A stretch of DNA of 64,000 nt from Promethearchaeota archaeon. Its GTDB lineage: Archaea; Asgardarchaeota; Lokiarchaeia; Sigyniarchaeales; SOKP01. The stretch is taken from contig JAHPZE010000013.1 of assembly GCA_019058365.1 (NCBI GenBank), forward strand, positions 49,231 through 113,230. Direction: 5' to 3'. The notes under the pieces were generated by a model, which saw only the letters and a program-made list of their open reading frames with translations, was not told the origin of the DNA and did not search any database. This document shows positions 31,601 through 39,981 of the stretch, one piece after another (position 1 is the stretch's first letter; each line of letters begins with the position of its first letter). Made by a program: the position numbers and the translations under genes.

Positions 31601-32105
31601 AAACTTTTATGATACAATAATATCAAACTCAAAAAATGATGAAAAAAGGAGATATATTAAACTTATAATTAATCTATGGAAATATCGGATTGAACATTTA
31701 GAAAATTTTCCCAAAAAACGACAACAGGAATATTTTAAAGAATTACAATGGTTTCTTGTTCTATTTAAAAAATTAGAAGAAATTGAATTGGAATTTCTCC
31801 AAATATTAAATGCTATACTAGAACTATCCAATGGAAAAACTTACATTTATACGAGTGATGTTATTGAAAGGTTAAAGTCATATTTAGAGTTAGATTTCGA
31901 AAATGTAGTCAAGGCGATATTAGAAATATTAAAAGGTACTAATCTAGATTGGTTTAATAATAGAACTGAACAATTTTTAAATGAAATATTTAAAGAAATT
32001 TATGAAAAATATGATTATATTCAAATTAAAGAAGAAATCAATAAAATCATAGACATCTTAACAAAAAATGGATACTATGACTTTAAGAATTTCTATATTC
32101 CCTAA
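28662..32105 (+). CDS. Large helical hypothetical protein, possible N-terminal HEPN-like domain; BREX-adjacent accessory gene
   Basis: 1147 aa; N-terminal YMGAL...PDRFSQSANSFR...FHAIAH followed by long alpha-solenoid-like region; domain call is inference. Confidence 0.45.
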   Translation: MINNMNVKQKTIFEELTKLNAKAGKAYMGALKVIGDLENPDRFSQSANSFRHLSGIIAREISIEFNETEKIELEEEINNNIKKKDLDQLYYAKIYVKEKSLKERLKLVIIEEPDKLPTPVEKRINLLFKNWLELHDFFHAIAHYSDIMVDQNKFEEKLYEFENILLEILKPNEQVLIELDNLLLIDEPTQADIDKLITFLINPSHSHYFFTQLESPKWLELLIKNGFFSEPKEKIEKKFMISSWAQGNYLIKVSHAKPEKVLEIINQFKNTKSYIAIRFLLNSILNMPSEYVVKSLPTIKNWMNFSYGTYEIITIKKLTKKLISDKQSDGLYKILNILFQISKPELPHANLDIEEKIYLIFNDYEDFFDLLIDHEIQEKSCDFIKIMCQALFEKIKQEHIDFIKLNERIFKKKIKIPKLKEIEKDGSEIWKPSIEAISGEYEPHDVKSLLVSKIRDTFRIFEKVDNELIRSCFNELSGFKSPIFRRLEIYFISKYPEIFKDLISQYLTEESFSERKEYWHEYYYLIKSQFKNLDEKSKIKILCWIDNGPNLSKISKESFKTSEECEQWKKRYTRKWKIRKLNPIKDFVEGDFKQKFEFLLKESENLENPEYLRKLYKPIVFHDSSELKKKMETKNDEDLKKFLKSWEPDNEKFPPESKENLSSSLSDLIKEYPEKFEKLLKEFNDIPCLYIISIIRGYREFLTKDQSIDYFSVFSLFDEILNNLDKLKIERGIEELKNSILEIKKQIAKFISKFLATTSIELNEKDANLILEIIKKLSYDIKEEHLQYKEVKEFNSYVLFYYKDTVTGSIFELFINFLIFFSKKTELAKKLNLGIIKDQIKEFLNPDYEHSEGIRSIISSHLYHLFETDEMWCKSLIPLLFLEEKQYRDLWNISWESFIIGYPNHVYYKVFKHLIKVYDKAIDKLTSPNISYDVKTFLTHHIILVYLNEKVDLSDDSLVAKFFNVAFPELTAEIMRYCTVNFYDTIISNSKNDEKRRYIKLIINLWKYRIEHLENFPKKRQQEYFKELQWFLVLFKKLEEIELEFLQILNAILELSNGKTYIYTSDVIERLKSYLELDFENVVKAILEILKGTNLDWFNNRTEQFLNEIFKEIYEKYDYIQIKEEINKIIDILTKNGYYDFKNFYIP

Positions 32106-32128
32106 GTAAATTTTTTTTTGAACTACTA

Positions 32129-32251
32129 CTATTTTTTATTCTTCGCAGCTGCACTTTGAGCTCTTGCTTTGAACTCTTGGTTTTTCCTGGTTTTATCAGC
32201 ATGAGATTGTATTCTTCGAGCCGATTTTGCTGTCATCTTATTTTTACCCAT
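32129..32251 (-). CDS. 40-aa basic Ala-rich peptide resembling SMP (seed-maturation/LEA-like) small proteins; below ORF-track cutoff
   Basis: GGAGGTGA SD upstream of ATG 32251; MGKNKMTAKSARRIQSHADKTRKNQEFKARAQSAAAKNKK*. Confidence 0.75.
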   Translation of the reverse strand: MGKNKMTAKSARRIQSHADKTRKNQEFKARAQSAAAKNKK

Positions 32252-32313
32252 CCTTTTCACCTCCTTAGTTTTATTTTCAATATATTTTACAATAGCTATT
32301 CAACATGATTGGA

Positions 32314-32585
32314 TTAGATTAACTTAAATATTGATGCTCCTGGATTAGGACAGTTCAGTTCTTTCAATATATATCCTTCATGTGCCATATCCTCTATAAA
32401 ATTCCTTGAGCGAAAATAATTCCTTAATACTTGACCATTTCTGTAGCCATGAATAATAAATAGATTTTTATCTCCCGAAGAGAGACAATCTTCTAAAAGA
32501 TTAAGTATTTCTTCAATTGCATCGAATAGTCTGAATCCATGAAGATCAGCTCTAATTTCTTTTTCAACTCCTCAAATTTTACCAT
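32314..32585 (-). pseudogene. Stand-alone Smr-domain protein, frameshifted or non-canonical start
   Basis: Frame 32571->32314 reads ...IRADLHGFRLFDAIEEI...FIIHGYRNGQVLR...NPGASIFKLI* (DLHG, IIHG, NPG Smr motifs); nearest ATG (32585) is one base out of frame. Confidence 0.7.
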
Positions 32586-32746
32586 TTTTTTTCTATTTCT
32601 TAGGTTAAGATTCTAAAAAAAAAACCTTATCCATTAATTAAATCGAAAAATTAAAAATAAAAAAATTCGTATCGAAAATCACTACCTGATCTGGTAGGGA
32701 TAAATATGAAAACTTCCTTAAATTAAATAGAGTAATAATATTCAAT

Positions 32747-35700
32747 GTGAGAGAATTGAAAAATTTTGAAACTTCGGATTATTTAGAAATAATCAAGGTT
32801 TTAGGGTATAATATTAAACCTATGAGTTATTCAGAAATAATGGAGAACACGAGATTACCAAATTCTACATTATCTCGGGCTCTAAAATGGCTTCAAAATA
32901 TTGAGAATGAAGAATTAAGCCTAAAAGAGTTAAAAGAGGCGTATTTTTTAAAAAAGGGTAATTATCTCGAGCATATAGGAATAAATAAGTCAAAGAATAG
33001 TTCATTTAAATTAACTGAAAAAGGTTTAGAAGTATTTAATTCCGAATTCTTGAAACAATCTGAGACAGAATATATGGAAGAAATCATTAAAGATTTTCAA
33101 ATAAACCAAATAATCTGGGATTTTATTTCAAGAAATAAGAAGTTATTTTTAAAAAATTATTTAAAAGCATCCAGTAACACTTTAGAACCTTGGACATTAC
33201 AGATCTTTGAATTTTTTGATGGATTACATGAATCTCAATTAGTTCAAATTCAAGAATTTATTTCTGGGCCAGAAAATATGAAATTAATTAATTTATTGGA
33301 AATAATTTCCGAAATTCTAAAACATCATCCCGTTTGGAAAAATGATATAAGCGCAAAGGGTTTTAAAACATCTCCATATAAGTCTGGGATTATAAATACA
33401 ATAAAAAACAATACCTACTTGAGAGAAAAGCTTTTTATAATTAAAAGACGGAACGAAGTAGTTTATCTGTTGAAATCAGATAAATTAATTAAAGCAATTT
33501 ACCCATTAATCCAGAGATATCTTAAAATATTTTATTGGCAAGAACAGTTCTTTTATCTCTCTAAAGAAAAATTAATTCAAAATATGACAAATAATGTGAT
33601 TAATGAACTTTTTCAAGGTCATAGTGAATACAGCGATTTCATTAATGATTTTAAACTAGAAATCTCATATTTTATCAAAAAAATTTTGATAGAGGACTTT
33701 GTTTCAACAAGAAAACCACTTAAAATGCCTTTTAATCTGATGAATAAGGATCTTAGAGAACTCATTAATTTTCAATTGAAAAGAAGGCTTTTATCCTCAG
33801 ACTCTGAAGGTATTCCACCTGTTTTACTAAACCAAGGGGCTTCTAAAGATCTAATAAAAGAAAAAATCGATCTGCTAGTTGATCAATACTTTAAAGATAA
33901 AAATAAAATGAAAAATAACTTACAACTCTTAGAAATTCTTGTTTATAACTATTCTTTGGAACTAAGAGCTGATTTTTGGTTTTATGAGAAATGGAAGTTA
34001 AGCTTAGAACCATTTATTCAGCAACTTATTTCTGAAGGCACCTCTTTGAAAAGTAAATATACTGAGCAGTTCCTTATTCTTGGTTTTATTTTTTTCAATC
34101 AAAAATTTCCTAATAGAAAGAAAGCAATTGAAATTAATGAGAGACTATTACAATTGTATCCAACTGACGAATTTTTGTCAGAAAATCTGATATTTTTGTT
34201 ATTTTCCATTCAACAATGGAATATAGACAAAATAGATTTAATTATAAACGAAGCTCTCAAAATCTACCCAGATAACCTATTATTTGCATATTCAAATATA
34301 ATTATAGAGTTATTGAATAACAAGTTTAAAGATAATAAGGATTTAGTAAAGATTTTAAATATTTTATTTAATTCAACAGAAGATTTAACTAAATTTATTA
34401 AAATCATCAGATTTTTCATTAATAAGTTAGATTCCCATGGATTTAATGAAATTAATCTACGTATTTTAGAAATTCTTGATTCAATTATTTCTGATGTGGA
34501 TTTTAAATATGATTATGCAAAAGCCTTGGAAAGAAATGGTAAGATTGCTAAAGCCCTTAAAATATATATAAAAATTATGGATTTCTTTCCCAATATGTTT
34601 TTAGAATCTTATGCTCTACGAATTTTCCTAAATAATCATAAACGATTTAGTACGGAGGAAAGAAAATCTAAGGAGCTTATTTTCCTTTCAAAGGTTCAAG
34701 ATTTCTCGAAAATTCTTATGTCAAATATTGAATTTGATGTAAATGAAGGTAATGTTAGCGAATTTGAAGAGAAAAGAAACTTATTTTTAAAAGAATTAAG
34801 ATCTCGTTTAAAAGCAATTAATTTACTTATTAAAAATTCAGAATGTCAAATTTTACCTCTGAAAATTAAAGCTTTAATGTTAAAAGCACTTAATAGAGAA
34901 AAAAACCTTGAGAGTACTCTGTTAAAGATTCTCGATATCACACCTAAGAATATTTGGGCAATAAATGAATTAGGTTTCTTATATTTTCAACAAAATAGAT
35001 TTGGGGAAGGACTTAAGTTATTTGAATTAGCTGAACTAATTAAAAGGGAGATTAATTACAATATACCTTATTTACATATAATAGGTCATTCATATCTTTA
35101 TGAAATTCATGAATTTAATTTTGCAGAGTTATATAAAAAAGCAGGAAAGTATAACCAAGCGATTTTAATCTATATAGATTATCTAACTGATTTAAATAAA
35201 AGATTACCATTCAATACTACGGCGAATATACTAACAGACGACCTAATCTTTTGTTATCAAAAAATTGGGGTAAATACTGATGAAATTGTTGAGGAAATAT
35301 TAATCTTATTGGATAAGATCGAACATGCCATTTATATTAAAGATCAAGAAAATAAGGGAATATTTGTAGATCGAAGCATAAATATACAGCATGACCCAGT
35401 TTCAATAAAGAATTCCCTAATAAAATACCTCTATAATGAGAAAAAGTATAAATTATGTTTAGAATTTATTCAAAGGTTTAATGAAGAAACTCCTAGAGTC
35501 TTGGAAAATATTCATAATAGTATTTTATCACCCTTTAATATTAATACAATTTATTTAGCAGAGTGTTACTTTAATTTAAATGATTTAGATAAAGCTAATA
35601 TGTTTTATGAACAAGCTTATCAAAATTTTAATGAAGATATTAGATATAAATCTAAAATTACTACTAATTTATGGTTTATCCGTCCTTTTCCAGAATATCT

Positions 35701-37498
35701 AAAAATCAAGGAAAAGAAATATCATATCAATAAGATAGAAAATGGTCTAAAAAAAATCAATATATTATTAGAAAAAGAAAATATTCTGGAGGAATTAATT
35801 TTTAAAACCGATATTGAAAGATCTATCGGTAATATTAGTTTATTAATACGGAAACGACTAAAAATACAAAAAAACTTATTTGATATCCTCCAAGATCAAT
35901 TAAATTCTATTTCAGAAGAAGATATAGATTATTATGAAATAATTCTCGCTAGTTCCTATGCTATAATAGGATATATTGATGAAATGTTTAAATTAATAGA
36001 AAAGAAGAATGTCGAAAAGTCATATCCTATTGTTTCTAGTCTATTACAAGTGCTATATTTCTATTATGAAAATGATTTCGACAAATATAATGAATTGAAC
36101 ATAAAATTACATCGATTAATTCCAAATTCTTTGCTTCCAATTTTGTTAAATCTTCATTTTTTGAGATTCAAGAGGGGAATATCCAAGATTTATAATATAA
36201 CTAATCTATTTAAAACTATTTGGAGGATAAATCATAAAAAAATCAAGATTTATGGAATAGAAAAACAGGTTTTTAAATATTTTAAGAATAATTTAACCTG
36301 GTATCCATTTAAGTGGGCTTTAGAGATTGAGAGATATGTTAGAATATCTGAAAATGCTGAAGTAAAGCAATTGTTTGAAGTCTTAAATTTCATTGAAGAT
36401 AAGAGCTTTAATCAAGGACGTGAATTATTAGATTTTATTACGAGATCATTAAATACTGATAGGAAAATATCGGAGTTTCTAAGTTTATTGTTAATTTTAA
36501 ATAGTTATAATTATCTAGAGACAAAATATCAAATCTATAAGATATTAAATCCTGAAATTCAACAATATGAATTGAAATCATTTGGAGAAATTGCGTATAA
36601 AGCGAATAAGTTGGATGAATTTCTACCGGTGCTTGATGATTATCGGAATAAGGAAATTAGGAAGTATAAAGAAGCAAGCATGTCAGATTGGAATATTAAA
36701 TGGTTAGAAGAGCGATATGTATCCTTTCTTTTAACTTGTTTCAAATATCCTGAGCTTGATGATAGGATCTCAAAAAGATTGAAGTATCTTGAGAGTTTAG
36801 ATGATTATCCAAAAGAAAAAATCCGATATTTTAAAATTTTACGCGATATTAGAGAAAAACACTATGAAGCAGCTGAAATTAAAGCATACCAATTATTAAC
36901 CTTGTTTAATAATGATGCAGATTTGAAATGGGATAATGAATATTTTAAGATATGGATATTAAGTAAGGTATTATTTGATCTAACTGAGGGAAAAGAGATA
37001 AGCCCTAATGAAATCTTTAAAGAAATCGATCAACTCATAGATTTCAATAAATTGAATAAGCAGCCCATATATTTTAGAGTTTTAATATTGGATGTTTTAA
37101 AACACGAGTTATTGGACGAATTTAAAAGAGAAATCCTAAATTTTGCGTTGAAGTTATTTATTGAAATTGTCCAATCAATTAATTGGAGTGATAAAACATC
37201 CCATAATATAATTCTGGAAAAGATCTTTTTCAATAGGGATATTATTTGTCAATTTTCTACTGAAATTGCTAAATATTTAGATCAATTATTAGAACATTTA
37301 ATTCTCGACCAATTTAACGATACGAGGAAGAATTACTTGCATTATATTAAAGCAAAGATTTATCTTAAAAATAATGAAAAACTTAAAGCTAAGAAAGTAT
37401 TGGAATTGCTTTTTGATAATATTAACGAGAATGAAATCTATACTATCTACTATGATATTAATGATTTATATTTAGAAAAATTAAAAAAAATAATTTGA
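32747..37498 (+). CDS. N-terminal winged-HTH plus multiple TPR-like repeats, large protein
   Basis: MSYSEIMENTRLPNSTLSRALKWL...FKLTEKG wHTH; TPR-like AINELGFLYFQQNRFGEGLKLFE, YLAECYFNLNDLDKANMFYEQA. Confidence 0.7.
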   Translation: MRELKNFETSDYLEIIKVLGYNIKPMSYSEIMENTRLPNSTLSRALKWLQNIENEELSLKELKEAYFLKKGNYLEHIGINKSKNSSFKLTEKGLEVFNSEFLKQSETEYMEEIIKDFQINQIIWDFISRNKKLFLKNYLKASSNTLEPWTLQIFEFFDGLHESQLVQIQEFISGPENMKLINLLEIISEILKHHPVWKNDISAKGFKTSPYKSGIINTIKNNTYLREKLFIIKRRNEVVYLLKSDKLIKAIYPLIQRYLKIFYWQEQFFYLSKEKLIQNMTNNVINELFQGHSEYSDFINDFKLEISYFIKKILIEDFVSTRKPLKMPFNLMNKDLRELINFQLKRRLLSSDSEGIPPVLLNQGASKDLIKEKIDLLVDQYFKDKNKMKNNLQLLEILVYNYSLELRADFWFYEKWKLSLEPFIQQLISEGTSLKSKYTEQFLILGFIFFNQKFPNRKKAIEINERLLQLYPTDEFLSENLIFLLFSIQQWNIDKIDLIINEALKIYPDNLLFAYSNIIIELLNNKFKDNKDLVKILNILFNSTEDLTKFIKIIRFFINKLDSHGFNEINLRILEILDSIISDVDFKYDYAKALERNGKIAKALKIYIKIMDFFPNMFLESYALRIFLNNHKRFSTEERKSKELIFLSKVQDFSKILMSNIEFDVNEGNVSEFEEKRNLFLKELRSRLKAINLLIKNSECQILPLKIKALMLKALNREKNLESTLLKILDITPKNIWAINELGFLYFQQNRFGEGLKLFELAELIKREINYNIPYLHIIGHSYLYEIHEFNFAELYKKAGKYNQAILIYIDYLTDLNKRLPFNTTANILTDDLIFCYQKIGVNTDEIVEEILILLDKIEHAIYIKDQENKGIFVDRSINIQHDPVSIKNSLIKYLYNEKKYKLCLEFIQRFNEETPRVLENIHNSILSPFNINTIYLAECYFNLNDLDKANMFYEQAYQNFNEDIRYKSKITTNLWFIRPFPEYLKIKEKKYHINKIENGLKKINILLEKENILEELIFKTDIERSIGNISLLIRKRLKIQKNLFDILQDQLNSISEEDIDYYEIILASSYAIIGYIDEMFKLIEKKNVEKSYPIVSSLLQVLYFYYENDFDKYNELNIKLHRLIPNSLLPILLNLHFLRFKRGISKIYNITNLFKTIWRINHKKIKIYGIEKQVFKYFKNNLTWYPFKWALEIERYVRISENAEVKQLFEVLNFIEDKSFNQGRELLDFITRSLNTDRKISEFLSLLLILNSYNYLETKYQIYKILNPEIQQYELKSFGEIAYKANKLDEFLPVLDDYRNKEIRKYKEASMSDWNIKWLEERYVSFLLTCFKYPELDDRISKRLKYLESLDDYPKEKIRYFKILRDIREKHYEAAEIKAYQLLTLFNNDADLKWDNEYFKIWILSKVLFDLTEGKEISPNEIFKEIDQLIDFNKLNKQPIYFRVLILDVLKHELLDEFKREILNFALKLFIEIVQSINWSDKTSHNIILEKIFFNRDIICQFSTEIAKYLDQLLEHLILDQFNDTRKNYLHYIKAKIYLKNNEKLKAKKVLELLFDNINENEIYTIYYDINDLYLEKLKKII

Positions 37499-37501
37499 TA
37501 A

Positions 37502-37690
37502 AATGAAGCCCATAATTCAAAAAACTTATATGAAAATTTTTTAAAACCTGAGATTGAAAAAGTTCCAGTTCTTGAAGCTAATCGTTCAGATGAATTACGG
37601 ACAGATATTTTAAAACAACTTATATTAAATCTTTATAATTCATTTATCGTCATTGCTGATCTCACTGATCGCAATACTTGTAATATATAG
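37502..37690 (+). pseudogene. Fragment of nucleoside 2-deoxyribosyltransferase/TIR-like domain protein
   Basis: No in-frame start; reads YENFLKPEIEK...NRSDELRTDILKQLILNLYNSFIVIADLTDRN then stops before the expected PNV.(Y/W)ELG. Confidence 0.6.
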
Positions 37691-37729
37691 AGAAAGAAGG
37701 AAAAAACTAATGGGAATAATTTATAATTT

Positions 37730-37881
37730 CGTTTCAAACCCGTATGTAAGGATATGATGAAATTATCTTCATCAAGAACGTTAATTCTAAGTGATTCATC
37801 CCCACGTGTGTGGGGATAATTTACAGTATTTAGGTTTAATTGATCTCCAATTCGATTCAACCCCACATGTGTGGGAGTAAT
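37730..37881 (-). CRISPR. Orphan, degenerate type I-E-like mini CRISPR array (3 repeats, 2 spacers)
   Basis: 29-nt repeats at 37792-37820 (tgattcatccccacgtgtgtggggataat) and 37853-37881 (cgattcaaccccacatgtgtgggagtaat), period 61; degenerate copy at 37730-37758; CCCAC-N4-GTGGG hairpin; AT-rich leader-like region to the right. Confidence 0.75.
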
Positions 37882-38231
37882 ATGAGATTTATATTTCTTT
37901 TTTTAATTTTTTTTTATTATTTATTGAAAAATAATAAGATTATATAAATATAACCTTTTTTTATTTGAAAAAAGGAGTAATATAAGTAAAATTTTAAAAC
38001 AGTTATAAGATTAATTATGTAACTTGAAATTAACTTGTTTTTCCAACTGTAATCATTACCACAACGTAAACCTTCAAATTCAAACATCTAAACTTGAGAT
38101 TCATCAAATCCACTGTCCTCCCCCATAATAAAAAAATAAAAAATAAAAATATTTATATTAAAAAATGATAAATATATATAATATAAAGTAATATTATATT
38201 AAATAAAATTAAAAAAATTCCACTTAAAAAA

Positions 38232-39803
38232 ATGAAAAACTTTATACTAAATGAGTTTTTAGAACTGAAATTAGAGAACCAAAAAACCAATATTTACGTG
38301 GATGGTGAACTGTTTATGCAATGTAAAAAATTAATTTTAAATATTTATCCTTGGAATGAGGAATTTGACAAAATAAAATCAATTGATGCTGCTGCTCTGG
38401 TAAATGATAAATTTTCGCAAGAGAATGGAAGTACAACAAATCATTTGCTTTCGCCAGAAGAGGAATTTAAAGGTCACTGCTCCAATTTACAGGTTTGGGT
38501 TGAAAATGATTATAACACTAATCTGCTTCATAGTAATTTAGCATTTCCACTATTAAAACGGCTTACTGAGGTTGGGGATCAACAAGCACGACGTGTGTTT
38601 AAGGACGAGGTATTTAAACGATTTTCTACAGGTGAAGAAACAGCTATAGTATCTCTTATTGAATCAGATTACTTGAGCAGGGATGAAAATGAATATTTAC
38701 TTGAGGATCCTAAAATAACTCAAAATCTTTTAACGGTATTTAAAAGTGAAAATTTTCACTATAGAAATACAATATTAAATTTTGTTAAAAAACTTGGAAA
38801 TAGCCATAATTTCATTATTCGTAATTTTTCTGAAATTGCAGTTAATTTTAGTACGAGAGAGTTGTCGACTTTGCTAAATTATTTGCGGGTAGACCTTAAT
38901 TTTCAAGAATATAATACATTTTTAGAGAATAATTTAATTTCATTTTTAATAAAAAAATACAAAGATTTATCGTCTGCTAACCTTGATGGTATAAACTTAT
39001 TATTAGATGTAATTGGAGAAAAAAATTTTCCTAATATTAAATTTGAGGAGAGACGTATTGATTACGGACTATTTAATTATGAAGTTAAAGAATTTTATAA
39101 ACGGAAAAACATTAATTTTGGATTAAAGGAAGATCCCAATGGGAATTTAGCGTTCAGAATCAGGCCATTCAATAAATTATATTCGTATGAATTGCACTTT
39201 ATGTTGGGTAGATGGATAACTTCTAAAGAAGAACTTCAACTACTCTACAACATAAAAAATGCGCTTTTTGGAAATGAGGAAATTATTATCAAAAAAATTA
39301 AATTGAATGTTTTTATACATCAGGAGTATGATGAAGATGATGATTTTTATGATGAAGAATTTAAAAATAAAAATGAAATTCAGATTTTTGTTTTAAAATT
39401 AAATCATGACTTAAATGTAGAAAAATTTGAAAAAAATATTGAATTATTATTACAAACTAGCATGGAAATGAGCGAGAAAATCATAATTTTATATAAAATC
39501 GTCAGAAACTATTATTTATCAAAAATACGTGATACAGAGACGAGAATTATTGAAAAAGATTTGTTTTTTTACAAACTTGTCGATTATTATAAGAAACACG
39601 GTTATGACGTTATTTTAGAATTTAATTACCTAAGAATTTTTAAAATACGGGAAAAAAATAAAAATTTTTATATATATTTTAATAATTCAGAAATGCTGAT
39701 AGAAATAAAAAAAATTTTTTTTTCTAGTGAGACTGATTTGTTAATCCAGCGTATTCACCATAATAATAATAACATTTTCATTACAGTAAACTTTGACTCC
39801 TGA
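38232..39803 (+). CDS. Lokiarchaeal-type hypothetical protein (N-terminal domain of the family often fused to LRRs)
   Basis: LKLEN.KTNIYV...FMQCK...SID...PEEEF.GHCSNLQVW.EN.Y.T.LLHSNLAFPLLKRL; family assignment from memory. Confidence 0.6.
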   Translation: MKNFILNEFLELKLENQKTNIYVDGELFMQCKKLILNIYPWNEEFDKIKSIDAAALVNDKFSQENGSTTNHLLSPEEEFKGHCSNLQVWVENDYNTNLLHSNLAFPLLKRLTEVGDQQARRVFKDEVFKRFSTGEETAIVSLIESDYLSRDENEYLLEDPKITQNLLTVFKSENFHYRNTILNFVKKLGNSHNFIIRNFSEIAVNFSTRELSTLLNYLRVDLNFQEYNTFLENNLISFLIKKYKDLSSANLDGINLLLDVIGEKNFPNIKFEERRIDYGLFNYEVKEFYKRKNINFGLKEDPNGNLAFRIRPFNKLYSYELHFMLGRWITSKEELQLLYNIKNALFGNEEIIIKKIKLNVFIHQEYDEDDDFYDEEFKNKNEIQIFVLKLNHDLNVEKFEKNIELLLQTSMEMSEKIIILYKIVRNYYLSKIRDTETRIIEKDLFFYKLVDYYKKHGYDVILEFNYLRIFKIREKNKNFYIYFNNSEMLIEIKKIFFSSETDLLIQRIHHNNNNIFITVNFDS

Positions 39804-39981
39804 TAAGAAATTTTCTCTTTATATTTAATTTAGCAAAAAACTTTATAAATCAACTTACGATAAAAACAAAAAACAACATAAAAATAAAAAATATCCCCAT
39901 AGATTAGCAATTTAAACTTATATACTTTTTGCATTTTATATATAATTATAAATTATGATAAATAAATTAGAACAATTTTAA

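Noticed and set aside
4264-31831. Many short antisense or out-of-frame ORFs inside long genes (e.g. 4264..4569, 7723..8067, 30230..30742)
   Set aside because: Ser/Phe/Ile-rich shadows of Lys/Glu-rich sense genes; no motifs
37759-37791. Partial similarity of spacer 1 (reverse strand, ttcttgatgaag.taat) to pglX near 22170
   Set aside because: Only ~16 nt in very AT-rich sequence; expected by chance, not evidence of self-targeting
37633-37866. 77-aa minus-strand ORF in the track
   Set aside because: Runs through the CRISPR-like repeats and antisense to the NDT-like relic; likely spurious
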